From positions 2,170 through 66,169 of the IMG/VR virus record IMGVR_UViG_3300043410_001333: DNA of 64,000 nucleotides; one strand, written 5' to 3'. Positions 38,960-48,348 of this stretch are shown one piece after another. The notes below the pieces were generated by a model that was not told the DNA's origin, searched no databases, and worked only from the letters and a program-made list of their open reading frames with translations. Position 1 is the first letter of the stretch. Each line of letters begins with the position of its first letter. The stretch is from a virus. Taxonomy: Duplodnaviria; Caudoviricetes. The translations under genes were made by a program, and so were the position numbers.

Positions 38960-41900
38960 CTAGCCAAACCGCGTTGAAATATCGCAAGCGGCTGCGATGG
39001 GTAGCCCGGCTGTCCAGGAGGGCTGGGTTACTAGGCACTGTTCAAATTCTGGCAGACGGCGTTCGGCGTATTCGCGGGGTATTTCAGCCGTGATAGAGTC
39101 ATGCACATGTAATACGATAGGAAATCCCGCGTCATACATATTACAGATTGCAGTAGCAAGCATGTCTGCAGCTATCGCCTGAACGCAATTAGACACTATA
39201 AACGGTTGTCCTTCCTTAGTTCTTACTGTGAAACGGTGATTAGGCCCTGCGTTTAGAATATCGTAAACTTCCCTAAACTCCCCGGAGGCGCAAACATTAA
39301 CTGTTCCGATAATCCTTGGTTCGCGCGGTAAATAAGAGTAGCTTTGTTTATTCCAGATAATTCTACGGCTTCTGCTACTAGCATCGGTCCGCGCGGAGTG
39401 TTTATCGTGTGGTTGCTTCGCTTGTTTCGCATTTGCGTACGACGAGTAGCCCAACGACAGTTCTCGCGTGAATACCCTCGTGAGTTGTCTATGCGATCCA
39501 ACGATAGTCCTTTCACATAATCTTTCCCTATGTCTGTCCAAAATATGTCGAAATTTTTCCACTCCGGACAAACAGTTATCCCGCGCCCTCCGTAATTTTT
39601 CCAACTGACGTTTTTTGTGTTGTAACATCTTGCGTGCATAGCTTTCCATATTTGATACACAGGCAGTTTGCATTTCCCGTGTGTTATCGCTTTTTTCCCG
39701 GCGCGCTTTAAGTCTGAAGTTTGACATCCGCAAGATTGCAGACGGTCTATAGTAAACGCCCGAACTGTTAGCTGGCGTGTATTCCCGCACTGACATCTTG
39801 CTAACCACACTGCCCTTCGGCTGTCCGACCCTAAATATCTTTCTGCCGTCAGGATACCTGTCTGGTAACCAGTGATGTCTAGCGAATGACGCGGTAGCTT
39901 CTCTCGCGCTTCCTTCAGAAGCATTTTTCCAACTAGCATTTATCAAAACCTTATGATCCGGAGTTATGTTTACTCCATCAAAATCTATTGTTTTTTGTTT
40001 ACCTCTATGAATGAGTCCATCATGGCTAACCCACCTATGACCGTCCCATAGAAGATCACGCCTAGTAACGTTTACTATAGGTACCCACCCCCTCGACGTT
40101 AATACATCCGTGTCTTCGGCTAAACAATTTTCCGTTGCTAACCCGCGCCAGAATGTTCTACGAAATATTGCACGTCCTTTGATTGTTAACATAGTCAAAT
40201 CTAAAGTTTTTTTAGGTGATCCGTCGTCCCAAAAACCCTGTTCTAGTCTAGGCGCCCAGTAGCGCATAACACGCCCAGACGGAAGACGACACATCAAACA
40301 ATTACCGTCCATACACCATGCTATATTGTGGAGGGGAGCTACGCTGAATGTAGACCCCGGATACATAACTGCGTTCACGGCAGCTTCTAAATTGGCGTTC
40401 CAAAAATTCACCAACATAGGATTGTCGGCTCGGTAACTCGCGACAATCGGAGCGCCTTCTTCCTTCGCGATCCGCAGCCCGTAGTTCATAGCCGCTGGGA
40501 TGAACGCGTTCACACCCCCAGCAAAACCCAAGAACAATGTCATGACCTTGCCAATCTGGCGTTCTGTTTTGGTCAACTCGTGTGGCAGTTTGCCGTAGGT
40601 GGGCGCGGCCTGGGCACGGTAGATGTCTTCACCGCGGCGGAACACTTCAACTTTGTCTAGCTGCTGTGCAAGCCACACTGGGATTCGTGCTTCAATCTGC
40701 GAGAAATCTCCGTTCAGGAACATATGACCTTCGCGCGCTGTCAGCGTACGTCGCAGCATGCGCCCGATCCACGGCAGCACACCTTCTACATAAGTGCGTT
40801 TCTGTGCGTCCTCGCGGGTCCATGTATAGAGCGTTTCTATTTCATCCCTATCACCGCGACGGCCGACTTCGATAGCGTTGCGCAACGCCATATCAGATAG
40901 CCGCTCAAACTCTTTTTTCTTTACTTTCGGATTAACTCCTGTTATCAACTCCACTTCATCCGGGTTGGCAACAACATCGCGGACGAAATTGTGCGGCTGC
41001 CACGCAGCCCCTGAAAATCGCCCTGTGCTTTGCGCGCCGAACAATATCAAAGCACCCCGCAACCGTCCGTCCGGGCTCATAGACGACAACATGCGTCGCA
41101 GCTTCTTGACGGACGCTTTGGCAGCTTCTGCGCGCCATTCCAGTGCCTGCCTGCAGTGATCGGGCACATCGTCGCGCGCCAGCAAATCGGCAATATCGGA
41201 CTTACGCAGCCGGTAAGCTATCTTCTTACCGTTGTCTTCGTCGTCCTCGTCTTCTTCCTCCGGTTCGACATCGATACCCGCTGAACCCTTCTTGGGCAAC
41301 ACAACGCCGTTGTCCATCAGCCAGACTTTGAGTTTTTCAATATTGGACGTGGACGGCACAGCGCCGCTCGTTAGCTTACGTATCTCCGCATCCAGCCGCT
41401 TGGTTTCTTCCGTAGCGGCTTTCTCCAACCCGCGCACCAGTTCAACGTCCATAAGAATGCCACGGTCGTTAATCTCGCGGTCAATCTCGCGCATCCTGTC
41501 CCACGGCGGCGTCGTGAACCATGGTGGCAAACGCTTTAGCGTTTCTTCCTCCATGATCGTGTCCTGGATACAGCGGTTCGTCAGCCATTCCAGGTCAGCA
41601 CCTTGGATAACTGGTGTCTTGTTCTTATTCGTTACACGCCGAAGAAGGTTGTTGTCTTTCAAATTTGATACATAATTAACCCCTACAGCTTTGGCGCAAG
41701 CGTCAAGCGCGCGGGGTAAGTTAGCTCCTGCGGCAAAATGCATGGAATCCAACCATTGCTCCGGTTTAACCGCAGGAAACCTATAGCGACGAGTTAAAAT
41801 TATATCCCATGCAAAACGATCGAAAAAAGTTACGTTCCACCCCGACAGCAAACCCCCGCTGTTCACGTGGTCAACCAGATCCTGCGGCGGCGGTTCGCCT

Positions 41901-42055
41901 TTATGCCATACACGCGGCGGTGACGGATCGCCTAGCGGGTGATAAGCAAACAGTATAACGTCTGTGTCAGGATCATTCAGGTATGCCACAGCGCCGACCT
42001 TTTTAAGATCGGCGCTGGCGTGAGTTTCTACGTCAAACGAATATACAGCGGTCAT
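38960..42055 (-). CDS. family A DNA polymerase precursor with one intein
   Basis: Exo I DVET, TGRFSG, motif A DFSQIEAR, motif B RQIGK..L..G, motif C LHVHDSI; intein between ATEN and CVQAIAAD. Confidence 0.92.
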   Translation of the reverse strand: MTAVYSFDVETHASADLKKVGAVAYLNDPDTDVILFAYHPLGDPSPPRVWHKGEPPPQDLVDHVNSGGLLSGWNVTFFDRFAWDIILTRRYRFPAVKPEQWLDSMHFAAGANLPRALDACAKAVGVNYVSNLKDNNLLRRVTNKNKTPVIQGADLEWLTNRCIQDTIMEEETLKRLPPWFTTPPWDRMREIDREINDRGILMDVELVRGLEKAATEETKRLDAEIRKLTSGAVPSTSNIEKLKVWLMDNGVVLPKKGSAGIDVEPEEEDEDDEDNGKKIAYRLRKSDIADLLARDDVPDHCRQALEWRAEAAKASVKKLRRMLSSMSPDGRLRGALILFGAQSTGRFSGAAWQPHNFVRDVVANPDEVELITGVNPKVKKKEFERLSDMALRNAIEVGRRGDRDEIETLYTWTREDAQKRTYVEGVLPWIGRMLRRTLTAREGHMFLNGDFSQIEARIPVWLAQQLDKVEVFRRGEDIYRAQAAPTYGKLPHELTKTERQIGKVMTLFLGFAGGVNAFIPAAMNYGLRIAKEEGAPIVASYRADNPMLVNFWNANLEAAVNAVMYPGSTFSVAPLHNIAWCMDGNCLMCRLPSGRVMRYWAPRLEQGFWDDGSPKKTLDLTMLTIKGRAIFRRTFWRGLATENCLAEDTDVLTSRGWVPIVNVTRRDLLWDGHRWVSHDGLIHRGKQKTIDFDGVNITPDHKVLINASWKNASEGSAREATASFARHHWLPDRYPDGRKIFRVGQPKGSVVSKMSVREYTPANSSGVYYRPSAILRMSNFRLKARREKSDNTREMQTACVSNMESYARKMLQHKKRQLEKLRRARDNCLSGVEKFRHILDRHRERLCERTIVGSHRQLTRVFTRELSLGYSSYANAKQAKQPHDKHSARTDASSRSRRIIWNKQSYSYLPREPRIIGTVNVCASGEFREVYDILNAGPNHRFTVRTKEGQPFIVSNCVQAIAADMLATAICNMYDAGFPIVLHVHDSITAEIPREYAERRLPEFEQCLVTQPSWTAGLPIAAACDISTRFG
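39188..40126 (-). mobile_element. intein (313 aa) in DNA polymerase
   Basis: Block A CLAEDTDVLT, block B ITPDHKV, block F VYDILNAGPNHRF, block G FIVSN followed by +1 Cys. Confidence 0.92.
39253..39939 (-). CDS. HNH homing endonuclease nested in the +1 frame of the intein
   Basis: DITG..W..RCQCG..SCGC..THG..IWKAMHARC..NYGGRGITVCPEW..LSLDRIDNSRGYSRENCRWAT; TAAGG 9 nt before ATG. Confidence 0.88.
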   Translation of the reverse strand: MLVGKMLLKEAREKLPRHSLDITGYQTGILTAERYLGSDSRRAVWLARCQCGNTRQLTVRAFTIDRLQSCGCQTSDLKRAGKKAITHGKCKLPVYQIWKAMHARCYNTKNVSWKNYGGRGITVCPEWKNFDIFWTDIGKDYVKGLSLDRIDNSRGYSRENCRWATRRTQMRNKRSNHTINTPRGPMLVAEAVELSGINKATLIYRANQGLSEQLMFAPPGSLGKFTIF

Positions 42056-42066
42056 ACGTAATCCTG

Positions 42067-42099
42067 AAACAAAACAAGCGGGAGCATAACCCCCGCTTG
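42067..42099 (-). terminator. intrinsic terminator just upstream of the polymerase
   Basis: Minus strand CAAGCGGGG-N7-TCCCGCTTG-TTTTGTTT. Confidence 0.65.
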
Positions 42100-42122
42100 C
42101 AATGTAAATACAAACGTATTCG

Positions 42123-42350
42123 TTAGCGGGTAATGGACTTGACCGTCCACATAACCGCTTCCTCTACCTTCGTCTTAGCCAGCGAAATTTCACGGCTAGG
42201 ACCAACGTCGTCCAGCAGTTCAAGGAACGCCAAACCATGGTCCTTGATCGCCTTTATCTGCTGCTTCTCAGCATCGGAAAGCACACGGTATTCGTGACGC
42301 ATAACGTTGTTTGCAACGCGGGCGTCAGATGTGGAAGACACCGTTTCCAT
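42123..42350 (-). CDS. Acb2/Tad1-like anti-defence nucleotide sponge (putative)
   Basis: YRVLSDAEKQQIKAIKDHG resembles the Acb2 N-terminal helix; REISLAKTKVEEAVMW resembles the Tad1-type helix. Confidence 0.65.
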   Translation of the reverse strand: METVSSTSDARVANNVMRHEYRVLSDAEKQQIKAIKDHGLAFLELLDDVGPSREISLAKTKVEEAVMWTVKSITR

Positions 42351-43225
42351 TACGCGCTCCTACCTGCAAACGGAGGGAACCCCGCACCGCCAGTCGGCGC
42401 CGCAAAAGCACCCTGCGGGACAGCCCCACTCTGCACAGGCGCGGTAGCGGCCGCCCCCGGCACACCGATAGGCTGCGACCCCCACGACGCTGCGCCACCC
42501 GGCGACGCAGCACCGTCAGCCTTCGGCAACTGGCCGAAAGCTGCCTGCGCAGCGCGCATCGGGTCATACGAACCCATCTTGTCTCCGCCCTTGGCAAACT
42601 GCACGGCGTTCAGCAGCACGCCGATACCACGGTTCGGAATAGACTGACCCGGCTGCGGAAACGCAAACACCGTAACCTGCGCACGAGCGTAGCAGCCGCT
42701 GTAGATCATGGACGGATCAAGCGGACGGCCTTCTTCGTTCAGACACACAGGCTGCTGGGATTCGCCCTTCTTGCTGACAGCCGTCACACCCATGTTCAGA
42801 ACGAACAGGCCACGGTATGGCTCATACTTGGCCGGGTCCTTGGTGTAGAACGCATCACCCTGACGCAGCGGGTTGTGCAAACCACCCTGTTCACGGGTCA
42901 GATACTGCAGCATCATCTCCCCGTTCATCATAACCATTTCGTCCGGCTTTTGCGGATTCGGACGGTTTTCGCCGGGCCAGCGGTGGTTGGCCACCATACA
43001 GATGGCCTTCCAAAGATCACCGCAATGTTCGGGTGCCAGCAGCAGCGTCATGCTGAAGCGCGGTTCCTGTCCAGGCTGTGCCGCACGGGCCTTAGCCAGA
43101 GTAACATACGACGCGCGACCGATAGGCGTCGTCAGACGAACATTACCGTACTTCGGATCAAGAACAAGTTCCTGTGCGGGGGCAGCGCAAGCAGCGCTGA
43201 AAAGATAATCATCGCGAGTAGACAT
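42350..43225 (-). CDS. ssDNA-binding protein (DUF2815/gp2.5-like)
   Basis: RASY..FSMTLL..PLRQGD..IYSGCYAR..GIGVLLNAVQF..GD. Confidence 0.85.
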   Translation of the reverse strand: MSTRDDYLFSAACAAPAQELVLDPKYGNVRLTTPIGRASYVTLAKARAAQPGQEPRFSMTLLLAPEHCGDLWKAICMVANHRWPGENRPNPQKPDEMVMMNGEMMLQYLTREQGGLHNPLRQGDAFYTKDPAKYEPYRGLFVLNMGVTAVSKKGESQQPVCLNEEGRPLDPSMIYSGCYARAQVTVFAFPQPGQSIPNRGIGVLLNAVQFAKGGDKMGSYDPMRAAQAAFGQLPKADGAASPGGAASWGSQPIGVPGAAATAPVQSGAVPQGAFAAPTGGAGFPPFAGRSA

Positions 43226-43241
43226 ACAAAATCCTAGATAT

Positions 43242-44534
43242 TTACTGTGAAGTTAATGCTTGGGTGCCACTACCCTTTTCGGGAGTAGTGCGTTTCAAGT
43301 ATAGCGCACCAAGCGGACGCTCTACAAGATCGTTCATCAAAAAACGCTTGTCCTTCGGCAAAAGTTTTTCAGCTTGTGCCGGGGACACCAGTTTCTGAGG
43401 CGGATACAGATCAGTCAGACTTGCGCCTGCCTTACGCAAGGTGTTAGCCGCTGACTGCGGATCAACCCACGCGCGGTTGCCCTGCCGCTGTCCCAGTTCC
43501 CAGCCGGGAACCGCCGCTCCTGCCTGCAACAACTTCATGGCGCGATCTTCGACCGCTTCAATCCAGGCGTCGTATACCTTACGGCGTTCAAGCACTGTTG
43601 CGATAGCTTCAACGCCCATCAAGGATGGTTCAACCAACACGGGCGCTTCCTTGGGGATAGGTGGCATCGGACTTGTGGCCTTCAACGCAGCCGATACCAT
43701 CCCACCGCGACTGGCACCAACAACCGCCATACCTGACGCCTGTAACGCGGGACAGATAGATTTGGCGGGACACCAACGGCACCACTTGCCGGTAGGATCT
43801 ACCGACAGCGACGGGTTTTCATCAAGTGCCGCGTCAAATGCCGATACAACCTTACCGGCAAAATCAATCAGCAAATCGTCAGGATGAAAGATGTGGCTAC
43901 GAACGCGGTCATTCTCGTCGCGTGAGCGCGGTTGGATGACGACCGATTCCACTTCTTCCCAACCACCATCTACGCCAAATGTGACCAGTCCCATCAGCGC
44001 GTAGTCGAGCAACTGCGGTGAATCACCTTCGACGCGTACGCCCTGACCGTACTTCAAGTCCATGATGGTCAGTTTGCGCGCCTTCTTGTCCACCAACGCC
44101 ACGTCCGCCGTTCCGCGGTTTTGCTGCAGAACAATATCGGACGGATCAAGCGGCGCTAGGGACAAAAAATATTCAAGGTGCTTTTCGGTGCTGTGAGTAA
44201 TCTTGTCTTCAACGACGCTAACAGCAAACTTGACGGCTTCCTCCATCTCCGCATCGACAAGCCAATCTTCGCCTGTCTTCTCGTCAATCTTGATGCGCCG
44301 ACCTGTCCATTCTTCCGGCATGCGGATTTCTGACAATGCTTCGTTGAACACCAGATGCGCCGCCGTGCCTTCCTTGGCAAACGACGAACTGGTGCGATCC
44401 CGCGGCAGAGTTGATGCAAGACTGACCGAACCTGGACAGTTCAGCCAGCGCGACGCCGACGAAGGGCGAAACAACGCCTCTCCGTCAGCCGCTGCTACGT
44501 AGCGGTTAAACCGCTCCAAACGCTCTGGCGTCAA
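43242..44534 (-). CDS. Cas4-like PD-(D/E)xK exonuclease (DUF2800)
   Basis: PSSASRWLNCPGS, EGTAAH, GTAD..DLKYG, QL..YA, IQPR, CRWCPAK..C. Confidence 0.88.
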   Translation of the reverse strand: MTPERLERFNRYVAAADGEALFRPSSASRWLNCPGSVSLASTLPRDRTSSSFAKEGTAAHLVFNEALSEIRMPEEWTGRRIKIDEKTGEDWLVDAEMEEAVKFAVSVVEDKITHSTEKHLEYFLSLAPLDPSDIVLQQNRGTADVALVDKKARKLTIMDLKYGQGVRVEGDSPQLLDYALMGLVTFGVDGGWEEVESVVIQPRSRDENDRVRSHIFHPDDLLIDFAGKVVSAFDAALDENPSLSVDPTGKWCRWCPAKSICPALQASGMAVVGASRGGMVSAALKATSPMPPIPKEAPVLVEPSLMGVEAIATVLERRKVYDAWIEAVEDRAMKLLQAGAAVPGWELGQRQGNRAWVDPQSAANTLRKAGASLTDLYPPQKLVSPAQAEKLLPKDKRFLMNDLVERPLGALYLKRTTPEKGSGTQALTSQ

Positions 44535-45283
44535 AGCTGCAACTCAGCCAGGATTTCCATCGCAAGCCGTTCGCGGTGTTCGGCCGGAACCTGTTCCAGC
44601 AGCGTCCAAGGCGCTTTCTCCGTGCCATCCTGCCACTGACGACGCCGCATGATCTGAAACGCAAAACCTGTCTTGGCTTTGTTTGCCTCAGCAATAACCG
44701 CGCGTAGATCCTCTACCGTAAAAGTACGGTCCGTCTCCGCTGCTGTGGACGTAACAGGGGGCATCGCTGCGGGCTGAACCTGCGACTGTGCGACCGGCGG
44801 CGTAAACACAGGCGTCGGCGCGACAGTAGCAGCACCCGGCGCCGGGAACGACGGCATCGTGTTGGTTGTGCTAGGCTGGAACATCGGCGGGGGCGCGGAT
44901 GCGACCGACTGCTGGAACGACGCGGAAGACATAAGCGTGTTTTCCGCGATACCGTAACCTATCGCTACGTCTGGTGTCGTCTCGGGCGCTGTCGTCTCTG
45001 CTTCCGGTGCAGGAGCCGTTTCCGCTACCTTCTTGGCGTTGCTGGGGCGTCCGCGCTTCTTCACGGGTGTCACAACAGCGGCATCCGATGCAGGGGCTGT
45101 GCGGATTTCCGGTTCGTCGCCGGTATCGTCCGTGTCAGTTTCGTCCGGAAGCGTTTCGGTAGCGGGTGTCGTCACACGGTCCGTGACAATACCGCGCGAA
45201 GCCAGCATCAGGCTCTTGGCGGCTTCGGAAACAAGATTGGGATATTCGGTTTCGAGTGTATCAAACTTGATTGTTACGCGCAT
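44531..45283 (-). CDS. hypothetical Pro/Ala/Thr-rich protein with AT-hook-like KKRGRP
   Basis: 250 aa ORF within the replication operon. Confidence 0.65.
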   Translation of the reverse strand: MRVTIKFDTLETEYPNLVSEAAKSLMLASRGIVTDRVTTPATETLPDETDTDDTGDEPEIRTAPASDAAVVTPVKKRGRPSNAKKVAETAPAPEAETTAPETTPDVAIGYGIAENTLMSSASFQQSVASAPPPMFQPSTTNTMPSFPAPGAATVAPTPVFTPPVAQSQVQPAAMPPVTSTAAETDRTFTVEDLRAVIAEANKAKTGFAFQIMRRRQWQDGTEKAPWTLLEQVPAEHRERLAMEILAELQL

Positions 45284-45296
45284 TGTATATCCTAAG

Positions 45297-46619
45297 TCAG
45301 TGCGTGGCTGTTAGAAGATCAAGAAACGATTGAGCGGCTACATGTTTACGTTGGATGACCGTAGCCATTATTTCATCCAACCAGCAACCAGAAGCCTGCA
45401 ACACATCGGCCGTTACAGGTTTTTCCTGGGTGATACGGTGAACTCGTTTGATAGCCTGAAACAAAGCGGTAGCTGTCCACGGTTGTTCGGCGACGATGGC
45501 GTTCTGTGATCGTGTCAGCGTCAAACCCATCCCACCTGCCTGCGTCTGCACCAGCAGCGCGTCAAGAGCGCCCTTTTGGAACCAATCCACAGCGGCTGTC
45601 AACTGCTTTCGCGTGCTGCTGCCGTCAATATAGGACACCCGCCGCCCTTGATCGGCTAGTGACTGCCCGATCAGGTCCCTGACACTTGTATGTTGGAAGA
45701 AAATGACTGAGGGTTTTGCGGTTTCCATGACGTGCTGAGTGACAGCCGCTGATTTGGCCACACCTAGTATGCGACGCACGCGCGACATTTCGTTGTCACG
45801 TATTTCGTCTTGCGTTTCCAGCATATCCGACACTTGCTGCGGTGTCCATTTTTCAAGAACCGGCGCTATTTCGTCGTATACGCTATCGTCTATATAAACC
45901 GGCTTGTTTTGTATAGTCAGCGGCGGAAGGTCGATACCGGCCGATTGAAGTGTACGCCGCAGGCAGAAAGGTCGAAACACAGCGGCTAGTTCTTCCGGGT
46001 TTTTCACACCCGACGCCTTCCAGCCTTCACGACCATCGGGACGCAATTCCGCAAAGCGCCTTACGAAGTCGAACCATGTAGGGGCGTCCCCGTAAAACCG
46101 CCGCAACGGCCCATAAGATATAGGGTACAAGTCAGCCGCTGAATTGACAATAGGCGTGCCGGTCAGAAACCAGATATGATTCGCACGTGTCCATAGGCCC
46201 TGATCCGCCAGCAGCACGCCAGTTCGCTGCGCTTCAAAACGACGAAACTCGGCCGATTCATCAACTATGATCGTGTCAAACGGATCAACACCAAACAGTT
46301 CGTAGGCCCTGCGCTTTTGCACAAGAGCGGCGTGAGACACGATACATACGCATGGACCCTTGGCCGGTATAACATCCTGTGGCGACGCTATGACTACCAC
46401 GGGGCGCTCTATATCCTGCTGCTGTTCGGCGGTGTTCGCCCAGTGATTTCGCACCAGCGCTGGCGATAAGATAAGGACGCGCTCGGCTTTGATGCGGTCA
46501 GCAGCCGCTATGGCTTGGCCTGACTTACCGACACCCGGTTCGTCAAGCAGCAGCGCAACACGACGTTCTGCCAGGAAATCCGCGCCGATTTCCTGATGCG
46601 GCATCAGTTTGTATTTCAA
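45297..46619 (-). CDS. SNF2-like superfamily 2 helicase
   Basis: PHQ, DEPGVGKS, IVDES, LTGTP, GGMGLTL, QAIKRVHRI. Confidence 0.88.
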   Translation of the reverse strand: MKYKLMPHQEIGADFLAERRVALLLDEPGVGKSGQAIAAADRIKAERVLILSPALVRNHWANTAEQQQDIERPVVVIASPQDVIPAKGPCVCIVSHAALVQKRRAYELFGVDPFDTIIVDESAEFRRFEAQRTGVLLADQGLWTRANHIWFLTGTPIVNSAADLYPISYGPLRRFYGDAPTWFDFVRRFAELRPDGREGWKASGVKNPEELAAVFRPFCLRRTLQSAGIDLPPLTIQNKPVYIDDSVYDEIAPVLEKWTPQQVSDMLETQDEIRDNEMSRVRRILGVAKSAAVTQHVMETAKPSVIFFQHTSVRDLIGQSLADQGRRVSYIDGSSTRKQLTAAVDWFQKGALDALLVQTQAGGMGLTLTRSQNAIVAEQPWTATALFQAIKRVHRITQEKPVTADVLQASGCWLDEIMATVIQRKHVAAQSFLDLLTATH

Positions 46620-46810
46620 AAGATAGTGGCGTACAGACGTTCGCGCGCTTCTTCGATCTGCGCATACTCATGATCGGTTAGATATCCTGTATGCGCAAAC
46701 CCTGGCTGTCCAACATCTTCCCGACGCGCAAGAAGAACATCAACCCAACGCGCGCCACACGAACATACACGTCCGTTAGGTGTTTCCGAGAACAAGTGTC
46801 CTGCAATCAT
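46616..46810 (-). CDS. hypothetical protein
   Basis: 64 aa, coupled to both neighbours. Confidence 0.55.
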   Translation of the reverse strand: MIAGHLFSETPNGRVCSCGARWVDVLLARREDVGQPGFAHTGYLTDHEYAQIEEARERLYATIF

Positions 46811-47232
46811 TGCACGGGTTCCAGAGGGATTACTGTTACGTCAACGCGGGGTGTGTCGCTGTAAAACTTGTCTGCTTCAATACGGACAACTTGAGCATCA
46901 TCACGCCACACAATGCAGTTAATAGCGTCTTTTACAAGTTTGATGATATTGTCCAGATCCGGCTTTGATGTAGGACGTTGCCAACTATCCATAGCCGCTT
47001 GGCGTTTCTTGGCGCTCCACGACACAGGAATAGGCATGTGGGCGGTCAGTTGAAACTTCAAAGGCCCTTCCAGTGGCGGTCTACCGGCCATGGCAGCGGC
47101 CGCAAACATGCGGACGGCCCCTTCCTCCGTTCTGGTCTGTTGGGGCGTAAACGCTACAGCGTGCCCAGCCACTTTACCGATACGAGGACGCTGCTTACCG
47201 CGGGGTTGTCCTGGAATACTAAATGATATCAT
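46807..47232 (-). CDS. rusA: RusA-family Holliday junction resolvase
   Basis: KQRPR..KPDLDNIIKLVKDAIN.IVWRDDAQVV..K.Y. Confidence 0.9.
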   Translation of the reverse strand: MISFSIPGQPRGKQRPRIGKVAGHAVAFTPQQTRTEEGAVRMFAAAAMAGRPPLEGPLKFQLTAHMPIPVSWSAKKRQAAMDSWQRPTSKPDLDNIIKLVKDAINCIVWRDDAQVVRIEADKFYSDTPRVDVTVIPLEPVQ

Positions 47233-47235
47233 ATA

Positions 47236-47457
47236 CTAATCTAAACTTTTGAATTCCAAATAGGGGAATTTTTTCCCAGCAACATGCTGTTCGTGTCCGC
47301 AAGCATTACACTTATGCGGAAACATGGGAAAATTGATATTAACCACAGCGCCTTCCGAATATTCCAACTCGCCTTCGCGGCAATGAGGACACAACGCCTT
47401 CACCTTCACAGGACGCATCGGCACTTCTACTACCCTCGGATCGTCGTCGGTCATCAA
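47236..47457 (-). CDS. small Zn-ribbon protein
   Basis: CPHC..CNAC. Confidence 0.55.
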   Translation of the reverse strand: MMTDDDPRVVEVPMRPVKVKALCPHCREGELEYSEGAVVNINFPMFPHKCNACGHEQHVAGKKFPYLEFKSLD

Positions 47458-47574
47458 TCACAATCAAAATAAAACGGTTGGCAACCGCCGCTGGGCTACG
47501 GTAGAAACGGTTCGCGCGTTTCCGCTCGGCCCCGGCAGACGGGCGCGTTCCCTCCATATACAGTTTTTACGGAA

Positions 47575-48003
47575 ATGGCAACCACTATGGAACACGACCT
47601 GAAAAGCCTGCCGGACGGCTTTGCGGACCTGATGAACGGCACTAAGACTTTTGAATTGCGTCTGGATGATCGTCCGTATGCCGTGGGTGACACGCTGCGG
47701 TTGCGGGAGTGGGTAGACGACGCCTACAGCGGCCGGACCGTCGTCAAGCGCATCAGCCACACGCTGCGGGGTTGCGAACATTTGCCCAAGGGCTTCGTCC
47801 TGATGGCCCTGGTGGACGCTAACAGCAACATTACCGATTTGTTAGATGACATGAGCGCCGTCATCCGAGTAGCCGAAGGCCGTGTCACCGATGACACGTC
47901 CTACACGATGCGCGAACGGTGGTTGACACTCGCTGACAAGGGGCGCGCTATGGTTAATAATCTGAAATCGCAAAACATTTTTATGGTGGCGGTGCAGAAG
48001 TAA
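47575..48003 (+). CDS. ASCH/PUA-like (DUF3850) protein
   Basis: HDLK..F..GTKTFELRLDDRPYAVGD.L.LREW. Confidence 0.8.
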   Translation: MATTMEHDLKSLPDGFADLMNGTKTFELRLDDRPYAVGDTLRLREWVDDAYSGRTVVKRISHTLRGCEHLPKGFVLMALVDANSNITDLLDDMSAVIRVAEGRVTDDTSYTMRERWLTLADKGRAMVNNLKSQNIFMVAVQK

Positions 48004-48344
48004 TGCGCGTGTTGGTGTGCGGCGGCAGAGACTACAGTGACTGGCAACACGTATGGGCTGTGTTAGACGAATATCATTCGTTGTATAACATAGACACTGT
48101 TATCCACGGCGCCGCGCGTGGCGCGGATACTTTAGCCAGCGACTGGGCGCATAATCGCAATGTGCGAGTAGAACCTTATCGCGCACAGTGGAACACGCAC
48201 GACAACGCTGCTGGTCCTATTCGCAACAAGCAAATGTTGGACGAAGGCAAACCCGATATTGTTATCGCGTTTCCAGGCGGAAGGGGCACAGAAAACATGA
48301 TCCAGCAAGCAACCGCTGCTGGTGTTCAGGTGGGGAGAGTATAA
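48003..48344 (+). CDS. YspA/SLOG-family protein (DUF2493)
   Basis: MRVLVCGGRDY..IHGAARGAD..AGPIRNKQML..AFPGGRGT. Confidence 0.85.
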   Translation: MRVLVCGGRDYSDWQHVWAVLDEYHSLYNIDTVIHGAARGADTLASDWAHNRNVRVEPYRAQWNTHDNAAGPIRNKQMLDEGKPDIVIAFPGGRGTENMIQQATAAGVQVGRV

Positions 48345-48348
48345 TTTG

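Noticed and set aside
43242-44534. Cas4-like nuclease as a sign of a CRISPR system
   Set aside because: No repeat-spacer array or other cas genes seen; DUF2800 beside SSB and Pol A is a standard phage replication module.
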